Positions 39,268-49,203 of a stretch of 64,000 bases of DNA are shown here, one piece after another. The notes beneath the pieces were generated by a model that worked only from the letters and a program-made list of their open reading frames with translations, was not told where the DNA came from and searched no databases. Positions within the stretch are counted from its first letter, which is position 1; the number at the start of each line of letters is the position of its first letter. A program made the translations under genes and the position numbers. The stretch comes from an uncultured delta proteobacterium (GTDB taxonomy: Bacteria; Myxococcota_A; Polyangia; Polyangiales; B10-G4), in assembly GCA_963727445.1 (NCBI GenBank), contig CAVSGI010000020.1, positions 128,001-192,000 of the forward strand, written 5' to 3'.

Positions 39268-39616
39268 CGACGCCGTCCGCTGTCCTTCAATCCGAGCTGC
39301 TTCGCATCGCCTGTGGCGGCTCGATGCAGGCTCGGTGCGCCATCGCACCGGAAACGGCCCGGCTTCGTTCTCCATCGTGAGGGGGGCGGTCGCCGGGCAG
39401 AACGAGGGGCTCTGGCTCGTCATCCTCGAGTGGTGGCTCGCTGACCGCCGGCGGAGACGGTTCGGCGGCGCGGAGGTGCGGCGTCGAGCGCGGCCGCGGC
39501 TCTACCTCGTCGTGGCAGGCAGCGAGGACGACCGTTCGACCGACTTTCGTTGCGTGGGCTCGCGGTCTGAGAGATCCTCCGGGGTCGCGCCATTTGATGC
39601 GCTGAGGAGGCTGTCC

Positions 39617-40516
39617 ATGAAGAAGTGGGCGAAGCGTCTGGGGATCGTGTTAGGCGCGCTCGCGCTGTTGCTCCTGCTCGCAGGCTTCGGGGCGTACGGA
39701 ACGAGCCGCTGGAAGGAGGCGGCCACCTACGAGATCACGGCCGCCAGTTTCGAGGTCCCGGAGTCACCGGAGGACCTCGTCGAGGGTGAGCGGCTCTTCA
39801 TCGCGCGCGGCTGTGGCAGTCCGGATTGTCACGACGCGGACGCGGGCGGGCACGTGATGATGCGAGATGGGCCCTTCGGGACCATCTCGGCTGCGAACCT
39901 CACCCGGAGAACCCGCGACTTCACGGCCTCCGATTGGGACCGCGCCGTGCGTCACGGCTTGCGGGCGGACGGCCGTTCCCTGGTCTTCATGCCATCGCTC
40001 GACTTCGTGAACATGAGCGATCACGAGCTGGGCCTCCTGGCTGGCTACGTTCGTAGCCTGCCCGTGGTCGATCGCGACCTGCCGGAGACCGATATCGGGA
40101 TGCTGGCCCGGGTCATCGATCTCGCCGGCGCGTTCGTGCTCTTTCCCGCGTCCGCGATCGACCATGACTCGGTCGCGAATCCGGATCCCGAGCCCGGTCG
40201 CACCGTCGAATATGGCGAGTACATCGCGGCGCTGTGCAGCGGGTGTCACGGTGAGCACTTCTCCGGGGGACCGATCCCCGGCGCTCCGCCCGAGATGGGG
40301 ACGCCATTGAATCTCACGCCTCACGAGACGGGTCTGGCAGGCTGGACCGAAGAGGATCTGCGGACCGTTCTTCGAACCGGTGTGACGCCCGACGGTCACC
40401 AGATCGATGCCGCCCAGATGCCGTGGCCGACCCTGTCGCGGATGAGCGACGACGAGATCGGCGCTCTCTTCATGTTCTTGCAGCGCCTGCCACCGCTCGA
40501 AGAGGGCAATCGCTGA
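39617..40516 (+). CDS. Membrane-anchored diheme c-type cytochrome
   Basis: N-terminal TM helix; CGSPDCH and CSGCH; ANLT/NLTP, MPS and MPW axial-Met motifs. Confidence 0.88.
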   Translation: MKKWAKRLGIVLGALALLLLLAGFGAYGTSRWKEAATYEITAASFEVPESPEDLVEGERLFIARGCGSPDCHDADAGGHVMMRDGPFGTISAANLTRRTRDFTASDWDRAVRHGLRADGRSLVFMPSLDFVNMSDHELGLLAGYVRSLPVVDRDLPETDIGMLARVIDLAGAFVLFPASAIDHDSVANPDPEPGRTVEYGEYIAALCSGCHGEHFSGGPIPGAPPEMGTPLNLTPHETGLAGWTEEDLRTVLRTGVTPDGHQIDAAQMPWPTLSRMSDDEIGALFMFLQRLPPLEEGNR

Positions 40517-40702
40517 GACGGCAAGATCTGAGCGCCCCAATCGATGCCGGCGGAGCTCAGCGTGTCGAGCGGGCTTACCGTCCACCCATCCACGATGCAC
40601 GCCGTCACGTCGATCGCCGCGTCCCTCGGCGTGCCGGTGTCTTCCAGCGCGTTGAACAGCCGCGCTCTCGAGTCCGCCGTGGGCGGCCCGGGAAGGCGAT
40701 CA

Positions 40703-41725
40703 TCAGTAGAGGATGCTCTTGCTCGGCTCACGTGCTGGGGGCAGGTCCGTCTCGTCGACAATCTGCCGTATGTCGCGCTCGATGCCGCGCGCGATTGTCG
40801 AGATCGGCACGTCGTTGGATAGCCCCTCGAAAGGGTTCTCACTCCAGTCGCCGATCCGATCGGTCGTGAGGAAGACCCAGCTCACGAGCGTCGAGAACGG
40901 AATCGCCGCCCACACGGCCGCGCCCGCCTGGAGCTCCTCGAACGCCTCGAGCATGCCGAGCGGCACGAGCGCGCAGAATGCCACTGCGAAGAAGAAATTC
41001 ACCGTCGCGTACTGCCGAGGGAAAGGGAAGTTCTTGATACGCTCGGCCTTGCCCTGCTGTGCCATCAGTTCGATGAGCAGGTCCTGCAGCTGCATGTGCG
41101 AGAACGGATCGAGCAGACGCTTCGCGCGCAGCGACGCGAGGTGACGGGACTGGTTGGCGAGCAGGTGAGCAGGCGGATTGATGCGGGAGAGCACGTCCTC
41201 CAACTCGTCGGGGTCGAGGTTCTTGGCCAGCACCTCGCGGAGGTTCTCGTCGTACTCGGGAACGCCTGCCCTCTCCCGCAGACGGTCGAACGCCGTGCCG
41301 TGATGCTCCCAAGTCTGAACCTTTCGGAGCTGGTAGCGAAGCGCGTCGAGCCACGCGATGTGGCGATGCACCAACATCGCGCGCTCGGCGCGCAGCGCGT
41401 CCTCAGCGGCCTCGCGATGGTCGGGGAACGCGTCCGTGACGAGATCGCGGGCGCTGAAGGCCCACGAGCGGGATGCGTTCACGATGGCGCCCCAGATCTT
41501 CCTCGCCTCCCACATCCGATCGTACGAGGCGTTGTTCTTGAACCCCAGATAGAACGCGACAGCAACGGCGACAGCGGAGAGCGGGAGCCACGGGATCGAG
41601 AGCCAGTCCCATCCAGCCAGCTCATGCAGCGCCGTGAGCGCGGCAGACCACACGAGCGGAATGACGATGAGGGAGCGGCTCCAGCCGAGCGTCTCGAAGA
41701 CTCGATAGCGACGTCCAATGTGCAT
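40703..41725 (-). CDS. Bestrophin family (YneE-like) ion channel
   Basis: LGFKNNASYDRMWEARKIWG, ERIKNFPFP, ENPFEG..NDVP. Confidence 0.93.
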   Translation of the reverse strand: MHIGRRYRVFETLGWSRSLIVIPLVWSAALTALHELAGWDWLSIPWLPLSAVAVAVAFYLGFKNNASYDRMWEARKIWGAIVNASRSWAFSARDLVTDAFPDHREAAEDALRAERAMLVHRHIAWLDALRYQLRKVQTWEHHGTAFDRLRERAGVPEYDENLREVLAKNLDPDELEDVLSRINPPAHLLANQSRHLASLRAKRLLDPFSHMQLQDLLIELMAQQGKAERIKNFPFPRQYATVNFFFAVAFCALVPLGMLEAFEELQAGAAVWAAIPFSTLVSWVFLTTDRIGDWSENPFEGLSNDVPISTIARGIERDIRQIVDETDLPPAREPSKSILY

Positions 41726-41829
41726 GGAGCGACGATCGCATATGGCGGGGTGCCAAAGAGAAGATCCGAGCGGAGAACGAACCACTCCCAGCCCCCGCGG
41801 TTCGAACGAGGGCCTCCTGGTTTCTCAGC

Positions 41830-42496
41830 GTGACGTCCTCAGGGGGGCTGTTGCGCTCTGACGCCCTCAAGACCGGGAACGTCGCCGAGGCCCTTCGTCT
41901 CGTGACGGAAGCGGCCACCCGCCTGCTAACGGTGCGTCGGGCGAGCGTGTGGCGTTTCGACGACACGCGGCAGCGCATCGAGTGCCTCGACCTCTACGAC
42001 TCCACCATGGCCGAGCACTCGGCCGGCATGGTGCTCGCCCGGGCGAACGCTCCGGCGTACTTCGAGGCGGCGCTTCAAGCGAGAGCTCGAGGCGTCGCGG
42101 CGCAACGTGCGGGCGCTCTTCGAGACGTCCCCCGTCGCCCTCGTCCTCACCGAGGTGGAGGGCGGTTCGGTGATTCTCGCGAATGCTCGAGCCGTCTCGC
42201 TCTTCGAGATGGAGCCGGAGACAGCGCGCCGATCGAAGATCACCGAGCTCTTCGCCCGTCCCGAGGAGCTCGCGACGGTCTCGGACCGCGCACGCGCACG
42301 CGGCCAGGTCGAGGGCGTCGAGGTGGAGCTCGCGACATCCTCCGGCCGGCGGTTCTTCGTCGCGGTCTGTCGAGCCGAGTGTCGCGCGACCGATGTGTTG
42401 GCCCGCTACGGTGGCGCGGGACTCGAGGCCTTCGCGCGGGGCGCGCTCAGCAACGCCGGCACTGACGTTGCCGCGGCGCGTCGCCCGAGGGATTGA
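41830..42496 (+). pseudogene. Decayed GAF-PAS-GGDEF signalling gene
   Basis: GAF start (RASVWRF..IECLDLY..PAYFEA); PAS in another frame (LFETSPVALVL..ILANARA); GGDEF remnant RATDVLARYGG. Confidence 0.7.
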
Positions 42497-42592
42497 GCCC
42501 AAGCGTCGGAACCGACGGACGGATCGGCGTGCAGTCGGCCACGTAGGGATGAGGGGGAGCATCCCCCCTCGATGAAAAGGGGAATCCACCTC

Positions 42593-43279
42593 ATGAAAAC
42601 TCTCACCTTTCTCTCGTCGCTTCTCGCCCTCTTGGCGCTCGCCTGCACTAGCGACACCGTCGGACCGCACGCCGAGCCCATCCTCGAGGGCCACTTCGGG
42701 GTCATCGAGGACTTCAACGGTCTGCCGGCGCTGAACGAGGCCTATACCTACGGGGGGCAGACTTACCTGGACGTGCGTACGCGCGGTGAGGGTTGGGCGC
42801 TGATGTCTGCGCTGACTCTTCAGGGCGAGCTCGGCCAGGGCGACCTCGCCCCTGGTTCCATCGTCCACGCCAGCGCTCGGGACTACTACGGCTGGGACGA
42901 CTTCCCCGCGGTCACCATGCTCGGGTGCGCTGGCCCCTCCGACGACGAGTGGTGGACCGACTGCGCCCCCGACGACATCGTGGTGCAGTTCGGCGAAGGC
43001 TCCTCACCCGAGAGCGTGCAGCTCAGCTTCGACGCCACCTTCCCCGAGGATTGCGGCGGCACCAGCGGCCCGCCCCCCGCCGAGCCGCCGCCTTATCCCG
43101 GCGAGCCCGTGCCGAGCGAGCCGACCGATCCCGTCGAGCCGCTGCCGGCGTCGAGCGGCGGCGCGCAAGTGATCCACGGCGTGATCGAGGTGCGCCTCGC
43201 CGACATCGCGGAGGGCGTGGTCGGGGTCGACGAAGCGCCGGTCCTGGCGGGCGCATCCGGGGGTGGCAACGCTCCCTGA
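42593..43279 (+). CDS. Hypothetical lipoprotein
   Basis: MKTLTFLSSLLALLALAC; Pro-rich segment. Confidence 0.8.
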   Translation: MKTLTFLSSLLALLALACTSDTVGPHAEPILEGHFGVIEDFNGLPALNEAYTYGGQTYLDVRTRGEGWALMSALTLQGELGQGDLAPGSIVHASARDYYGWDDFPAVTMLGCAGPSDDEWWTDCAPDDIVVQFGEGSSPESVQLSFDATFPEDCGGTSGPPPAEPPPYPGEPVPSEPTDPVEPLPASSGGAQVIHGVIEVRLADIAEGVVGVDEAPVLAGASGGGNAP

Positions 43280-43349
43280 ACGGACTCGGGCGGCACATCG
43301 CTTCCTCGCGCGCGAGCTTCGTCCACGGCGGGCGAAGCTCGCGCTTCGC

Positions 43350-43634
43350 CATGTTCAACCCACGACGCTGCCAGCGCTCAGCGCGCGCACCGCTGAAGAC
43401 CAGCCAACCGGCGAAGACATCCGCCGCGCAGACCGCCGCGAAGATGGCGAGCAGCACGACGAAGATCTGGTGGGAGCAACGTTCGAAGAACGGGCCGCCG
43501 TACATGGGAAAGAAGTCCATGAACCAGGGCAACTCGCCATGGCGCAGGAGATGGGTCGCGACGAAGGGGGTCGGTGCCCCGAACCCCACGGCCACCAGCC
43601 ACGTCAGCACGGCCGAAACGCGCAGCGCCGTCAA
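43350..43634 (-). pseudogene. Small membrane protein, probably truncated
   Basis: Two hydrophobic helices around LPWFMDFFPMYGGPFFE; the frame then degrades and overlaps the opposite gene. Confidence 0.45.
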
Positions 43635-43824
43635 CCCATGCTCCTCTCATCGCGAGCTCCGTCGCGATCAGACCCATGGTACGCCAACTACTGCGTTGGC
43701 GGCACGACCGATGGCACGGCCGCGTCAGCTCGACGCCGCCCGCAGGTGGTTCGCCGAAATTCTGACCGAAGCGACCCTGAGAGGGGTCGATCGGACGGCG
43801 TCGGATGGTGAAAAGCGCCTCGAC

Positions 43825-45234
43825 TCAGCTCCAGATGTCTTCGGCCAGCCGGGCAACCATCGCGGCGTGCGCCGCGCAGTCCGGCATGCCGGCGAGGCGA
43901 ATGATGCTGTCGTCGGTGGGAGTAGACGCCGCCTGAGAGAGCTCCCAGATGGCGAGGCGCTTGGCTTGCCGAATCTGCGCGCGCTCCTCGTCGGTGAGAC
44001 GTGGCTCGAGCCACGAAGCCACGGCCCACGACAGCTCGGCGTGTCGAATCTCGTCGTCGGCGACGACAGCCATCGTGCGTGCGACGCGTGGGTCGTGCGC
44101 CTTGAGTGCCTGGTGAGCCGCGACGAGCGCACCGTAGGTCTCGCGTACGCACCCCTCGACGGCGTTTTCGAGGGCGATCTCGAAGGCGCTTCGCTTCTTC
44201 GGAGTCCCCACCACCGCTTCGGCAGGTTCCGCACCGTAGACACGGCTGAGTTCACCCATCGACTCGGTGTGGCGCACCTCGTCCTCGCGCGCTTCCCGCG
44301 CGGCGTCGATCAGAGAAGGCGGCGCGCCGAGCTCCGTGAGCTCGTCGATCATGAGGTCGAAAGCGGCCACCGCGCTCGCCTCGAGCCGAGTGATCTCCGC
44401 GAAGAGATCGGCGACCGGGGTGACACTCTCGCGCTCGGCCGCGGGGGCGAGGCCCGCAGGGCGACGTCCGACGGGGCAGGTGACCCGGTCGTAGCTCACG
44501 GAGTCGACCTCGCGCATGGATCCGTCCGGGTCGACGGCCAGCCGAGCCTCCGTGACGGTTGCCATGCATGTCGCACCGCCCCCGACCTCCATCACCCCCA
44601 GGACGTCGAAGCCACCGGGCACAGTCGTCGAAGGCGCCACGCATCGTACGTCGTATCCGCCGAGATGTACGAGAAGGGCCGCGCCTCCCGCCGTGGTCAC
44701 CTCGCCACCCAGCATGGCGAGCGCTTCTTCCGGCGACGTGATGACGTGAGCGCCGTCGACGTCAGTGAAGACCAGCGCACGCTCCCGGGTGTCGGAGAGC
44801 AACCGCGTCAGCTCGTCGCCGCAGCCAGCGGGATCCATCGCGCCCGCACACTCTTCGCCTTCCGTCGAGACGACCTCGTAGAAGATGGGGGCGTCGTACC
44901 CATAGCCCAGCTCGCTGCCGATCAACGCTTTGAAGGACGCGAGCTCCGGAGCGATTCCGTCGAAGTAGTCGACGTTGGCGGGGTCGCAGAACATCGGTAG
45001 GTGGGGCGGAGGCGGGGAGGGAGGCGCGCCGTCCGCGAGGACGGCGGTGTCAGCCTCGGCGTCCGTGCCGCCATCGCCGGGACCCGCATGAGAGGTGTTG
45101 CACGCCGCGAGCGCCACCCCGAGAACGGTCGCGCGAGCCACCCCCCGGAGATACTGGCTCAAGTCGGCGCGAAGGTTCTGAGCGATGAGTGAGCGCAGGG
45201 TCTCACCCTCGGGCGTACAGGGGAGTGACGGCAT
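43825..45234 (-). CDS. Ferritin-like domain lipoprotein
   Basis: LAAC lipobox; GRRP; EASAVAAF, DEVRH, ENAVEGCVRE and DEIRH diiron-type motifs. Confidence 0.85.
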   Translation of the reverse strand: MPSLPCTPEGETLRSLIAQNLRADLSQYLRGVARATVLGVALAACNTSHAGPGDGGTDAEADTAVLADGAPPSPPPPHLPMFCDPANVDYFDGIAPELASFKALIGSELGYGYDAPIFYEVVSTEGEECAGAMDPAGCGDELTRLLSDTRERALVFTDVDGAHVITSPEEALAMLGGEVTTAGGAALLVHLGGYDVRCVAPSTTVPGGFDVLGVMEVGGGATCMATVTEARLAVDPDGSMREVDSVSYDRVTCPVGRRPAGLAPAAERESVTPVADLFAEITRLEASAVAAFDLMIDELTELGAPPSLIDAAREAREDEVRHTESMGELSRVYGAEPAEAVVGTPKKRSAFEIALENAVEGCVRETYGALVAAHQALKAHDPRVARTMAVVADDEIRHAELSWAVASWLEPRLTDEERAQIRQAKRLAIWELSQAASTPTDDSIIRLAGMPDCAAHAAMVARLAEDIWS

Positions 45235-45635
45235 GGTGCGGCATTGTGCAGAAGCCAGGCCAGCCCTGTTTCAAGGGAATTTCATGGTCTTTCTGGAGCG
45301 CTGTGCCACGCTCGTGGCACGAAATCGCACAGGAAGGCGCACGTGGGAGACCCTCCGTATCATGACGCGCCTGATACGGGCGTGGTGCTCGACCGGGGCG
45401 TTACGATGCACCGTCGGCCGCCGTCTTCTCATGCACGGGCGGTTGGCCGAGGCCACGGTGATCGCTGCGAGGGTCCTGTCGAACAACCAGCCCTCGCTGA
45501 CCGTGGGGTTCGACCAGGGTGGGCGGCGCCGCGAGTTGCGCTGGTCGGCCCGGTGACGACTCGGTAGCCACCACCTCGGCAGGATGTCTCCACCTGGGCC
45601 AAAGCGGATGTTCACCGATTCGTGGTTGCGCGCCG

Positions 45636-46202
45636 TCAGGGCGTCTCGTCGTCGTCGATCTGCGCGCAGGGGGTTGCCTCGACGTCGCGGAGCCGAGCGC
45701 GCCGTGGGAGAGGCCGGTCGGCGGGTGGCGGCGGTGCGACCTCGGCGATCGCGCGGCGGCACTGGGCGAGCGCCTCGGCCGGGCTTCCGAAGAACTCGGC
45801 GCGGAACACGCTGATTCCGGGCTGGTATCCGAAGCGCGGCTCGGGTGCCCCCGCGGCCTCACGCATGCGCTCGATGAGTAGCTGGACCCGCCCGGTGACC
45901 GCGGACTGGTCCACATCGTACGGGCCACGGTGCGGCATGCTCCGGAGGTCGAAAGAGACGCGCGTGTGGACCGTCGGCGAGGGCGCGCCCTCCCGCTCGG
46001 CTTCGGGCTCGGCTTCGGGTGCGGCTTCGGGCGTGGCCTCCGTCTCGACTTCCGGTGCGGCGCGCGTCTCGGCTTCGGGCGCGGCTTCCGTCTCTGTCAG
46101 AGATGTGCCCGCGGCACGATCCTCTTCTGTCGGGCCTGCGCAAGCGACGAGCAGGCCCGCCACGACCATGGCGAGGCACGAGGTGATGGGAGTCTCGAAC
46201 AC
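45636..46202 (-). CDS. Hypothetical lipoprotein with Glu/Ala/Pro repeat linker
   Basis: LVAC lipobox; ETEAAPEAE repeats; start codon uncertain. Confidence 0.65.
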   Translation of the reverse strand: MFETPITSCLAMVVAGLLVACAGPTEEDRAAGTSLTETEAAPEAETRAAPEVETEATPEAAPEAEPEAEREGAPSPTVHTRVSFDLRSMPHRGPYDVDQSAVTGRVQLLIERMREAAGAPEPRFGYQPGISVFRAEFFGSPAEALAQCRRAIAEVAPPPPADRPLPRRARLRDVEATPCAQIDDDETP

Positions 46203-46528
46203 GTCCGGAGGCTACGCGCCTCTCCGGGCACGGGCACCTACGCCGGGCAATGAAGCGTCCCCTCTCCGTCGTGTCCCATCAGCCGCACTCACCCCCGAGC
46301 AGACCCGCTTGAGCTCTGGGTTCGGGGCGTGGCTTCCGAACCAGCTCGTGAAGAAGGCACGCGCGAAGTCGACACCGAGGGTCCGCCAATCCTGCGACGA
46401 GCGCCAGCCGCCGACGCATCAACAACGCGGGCCGCAGGAAATGCGGTGTGGGGCGGGTCACAATGGGGGCCACCTGCCTCAGGACTGCAACGCTTGCGGA
46501 CGGCGCCACGTGATTCCCGACTATTCGA

Positions 46529-46544
46529 TGGCACGACGGTTGCT
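46529..46544 (+). promoter_or_regulatory. Sigma54 promoter
   Basis: TGGCACG-ACGG-TTGCT, an exact match to TGGCACG-N4-TTGCW, ending 32 nt before the ATG at 46577. Confidence 0.8.
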
Positions 46545-46576
46545 CCGAGGCAGGGGCTTGCTTCTGACCGGGAGGG

Positions 46577-47041
46577 ATGGACTTGGCAACCTATCGATTT
46601 CCAGAGACTTCGCGGGTGGTGGTGCTCGTCGACGACGAGCTCCTGCTCCTTCGCGTGATGGGTCGAGTGCTCGAGGAGCTGGGCCATCGCGTGATGCTCT
46701 TCGACAATCCGCGGATCGCCGCCGAGTCCATTCCCCTCGAGCACGTCGACGCCATCCTGGTCGACCTGCGCATGCCCCACCTGTCGGGAGTGGAGCTCGC
46801 TCGTCGCCTACGCCAGCGGGATGTCGAACGCCGGACTCCCATCTTCTTGATCTCGGGTGACCCGGACGATGTCCGAGAGGAAGACCGGAGCCTCTTCACG
46901 TCCATCCACCGCAAACCGATGACCAGAGACGAGCTCGGTCGCTTGTTGCGAAGGACCGGCCATCGCAGCTCGCATACCCGCTTGCGGGTGCCACGGGGCC
47001 CGGAGGCCGACGAGGACGAGGCAGCATCCGGCACCGATTGA
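46577..47041 (+). CDS. Single-domain response regulator (receiver)
   Basis: VLVDDE, ILVDLRMPHLSG, ISG, KP. Confidence 0.9.
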   Translation: MDLATYRFPETSRVVVLVDDELLLLRVMGRVLEELGHRVMLFDNPRIAAESIPLEHVDAILVDLRMPHLSGVELARRLRQRDVERRTPIFLISGDPDDVREEDRSLFTSIHRKPMTRDELGRLLRRTGHRSSHTRLRVPRGPEADEDEAASGTD

Positions 47042-47070
47042 ACGCGTGAACGCACCGCGGTAGCCCGCCC

Positions 47071-47928
47071 TCACGTCGGCTCGAGCATCCCGCGCAGCGT
47101 CTCCGGCGCCACCCGGTATTCGCTGCCGCAGTAGTCGCAGCTCATCTCGAGGTCGGTGCCGTCGCGCATCAAGTCCTCGATGTCGGCGCGGCCGAGGGTG
47201 CCGAGGCTGGCGATGACGCGGACCTGGCTGCAGTTGCAGCCGAAGCGGACGTCGGATTCGTCGAGGACGGTGTGCTCGATGCCGTAGAGGAGCTCGGACA
47301 GGAGCTCCTCCGGGGTGCGGGCGGCGCCGTCGAAGAGCTCTTCGACCGAGCGGAAGTCCTCGAGGCGCTCGGTCATCAACATCAGCATGTGCTCGCCGAG
47401 CTCGGGCAGGAGCTGCACGATGTAGCCGCCGGCGTCGCTGATCAGGCCGTCCTGGCCCATGCGGGCGCCGACGCTCACCATGCTCACCACCTGCTCGCTG
47501 GTTTGCAGGTAGCCCATGAGCGCCGAAGAAATGCGCCCGTCGTTAGGGATCTCGACCACGCCGCGATAGACGTTCCCGCGGGGCATGGTTCGCTCCATGT
47601 GCAATTGCCCCCCGGCGATCCGCATCTCGCTCCCGTCCTTCGGCTTTCGCACCAGGCCGCGCACGTCGCCGTCGGGCTTCGAATCGGCGACGAGCTGGCC
47701 CTTGCCCTCGTAGCCCTTGACGATCACCTGCACCCGCAGCGTGGGCGCCATGGTCTCGCGGTAGAGCACGGCGCCGGTGAGGAGCTCGGCGAAGCGAAGC
47801 GCGGTCGTTCCGGTGGCGCCCTGCGCGGCGACCGCCGCCCGGACGCTGTCGGTGGTGCGGGTGGTGATGACCCGGAAGCCGCCGTCGTCGGTGATGGCGC
47901 GAAGGACGCGGTCGCCCATACTGCTCAT
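47071..47928 (-). CDS. hslO: Hsp33 redox-regulated chaperone
   Basis: YLQTSEQ, AGGYIVQLLP, CNCS...CDYC zinc motif. Confidence 0.95.
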   Translation of the reverse strand: MSSMGDRVLRAITDDGGFRVITTRTTDSVRAAVAAQGATGTTALRFAELLTGAVLYRETMAPTLRVQVIVKGYEGKGQLVADSKPDGDVRGLVRKPKDGSEMRIAGGQLHMERTMPRGNVYRGVVEIPNDGRISSALMGYLQTSEQVVSMVSVGARMGQDGLISDAGGYIVQLLPELGEHMLMLMTERLEDFRSVEELFDGAARTPEELLSELLYGIEHTVLDESDVRFGCNCSQVRVIASLGTLGRADIEDLMRDGTDLEMSCDYCGSEYRVAPETLRGMLEPT

Positions 47929-47970
47929 GCCCAGGCTCTCCCACGACGGGGGCTCGGAGGCAAGGCGGGC

Positions 47971-49203
47971 TCAGGGCACGAGGCGCCCGATCTCGCGCGG
48001 TGGCAGAGCGCGACAGGGGGATGCCTCGACCGGATCCATCGGCGTGAGGCTCGCTCCATCGACGTGGAAACGGACAATGCCCGCGTCGGCGTCGGGAACG
48101 AGGAGCAGTGAGGTCCCTGCATCGAAGACGCCCACGCCGAGGACGAAGGTGCGTGCTGCGACGTACGGCTCCACGACGTCGCCCGTCGCCAGATCCACCA
48201 CGATCAGTCGGTCCGCGCTCTCGGCCTCGTCGATGGCCGGCGTCGCGACCCGCATCCCGCCCAGGGGGACGGGCTCCTGAGTGGGCACCGGGCTCTCGGG
48301 ATGCTCGGCGGCGCGCCACGTCTGCGCAATCTCCGGTCCCTCGCCGGCGTCGACGAGCCGAACGATGCCCGCGGTCCGGCGCCGCTCGGGGCTGCGGGCT
48401 TCGTAGGGGCCGGTGCAGAGCACGAGGACCGCATCACCCTCGGGGCTAGGCCGCACCGAGGGGCAGTTCGCGAGCCCGGGCAGGTCGAGGCCGATCACCG
48501 AGGGGGGGTCGAGGGTGACCACCGCGACCGCACCCGGTCCCACCACCCCGAAGTCGTAGCCGAAGCGACCCAGGCCGACCACGAAGGCATCGCCGAGCGG
48601 GGCGATCCGTCCAGGGCGCGCGAAGATGGTCGTCCCCTCGACGGTCGCGTCGAGGGCACCCATCGCGATGCGTGAGATCGGCCCGTCGTCGCCGACGCGC
48701 ACCAGGTCGTTGCCGGCGTCGAGGGGTGGGGCCGCGGGGTCCAGGTTCGGCTCGAAGCGACTCACGAGAAAGGTCCCGTCTTCCAGCCGGACGGCGTCGT
48801 GCGGGTTGGCTCGGAAGCCGCTGCTTCCCTCTCGCGAGGAGAGCTGGACGTCGAGCTGCGAAAGGACCGCCCCCGCGCGCAGATCGAAGCGGTCGACCAC
48901 GTCGACGCCGAAGCGGTCGAGGAGCATGAGCTCGCCTCCGGTGACCGGCGCGGTGGGCAGGCTCACGTCACCGCTGAGCGCCGCCACGATGCCGGGCGCG
49001 GCGCTCCCCGAGTCCACCCATGCCCCGTCGAGGAGCGCGCCCTCGGCGTCGAGGAGCGCGATCGCGCTCGAGGTGTAGTCGCTGTCGACCACCGCGAAGG
49101 ACGGAAGCGTCTCGAGCGCCGGCAAATCGGCCGCGGGGCACGGGCGCCCGTCGCTGCAACCGACGGCGAGGATCAGGAAGAGCGCGGGGACCATGCGCTT
49201 CAT
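47971..49203 (-). CDS. Beta-propeller lipoprotein of the cobalamin uptake operon
   Basis: AVGC lipobox; SDYTSS, ANPHD; ATGA overlap with the receptor gene. Confidence 0.75.
   Translation of the reverse strand: MKRMVPALFLILAVGCSDGRPCPAADLPALETLPSFAVVDSDYTSSAIALLDAEGALLDGAWVDSGSAAPGIVAALSGDVSLPTAPVTGGELMLLDRFGVDVVDRFDLRAGAVLSQLDVQLSSREGSSGFRANPHDAVRLEDGTFLVSRFEPNLDPAAPPLDAGNDLVRVGDDGPISRIAMGALDATVEGTTIFARPGRIAPLGDAFVVGLGRFGYDFGVVGPGAVAVVTLDPPSVIGLDLPGLANCPSVRPSPEGDAVLVLCTGPYEARSPERRRTAGIVRLVDAGEGPEIAQTWRAAEHPESPVPTQEPVPLGGMRVATPAIDEAESADRLIVVDLATGDVVEPYVAARTFVLGVGVFDAGTSLLLVPDADAGIVRFHVDGASLTPMDPVEASPCRALPPREIGRLVP

Noticed and set aside
40520..40700. Short coding-like intergenic stretches (also 28460-28560, 36280-36420, 39300-39560, 45400-45600)
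   Set aside because: They may be gene remnants, but I could recognise no motif or credible start, so I did not call them.
45315..45329. Sigma54 promoter TGGCACGAAATCGCA
   Set aside because: GG-to-GC spacing is 9 nt rather than the required 10.
12414..47000. Prophage or integrative island
   Set aside because: No integrase, phage structural genes, tRNA target or flanking att repeats were seen.
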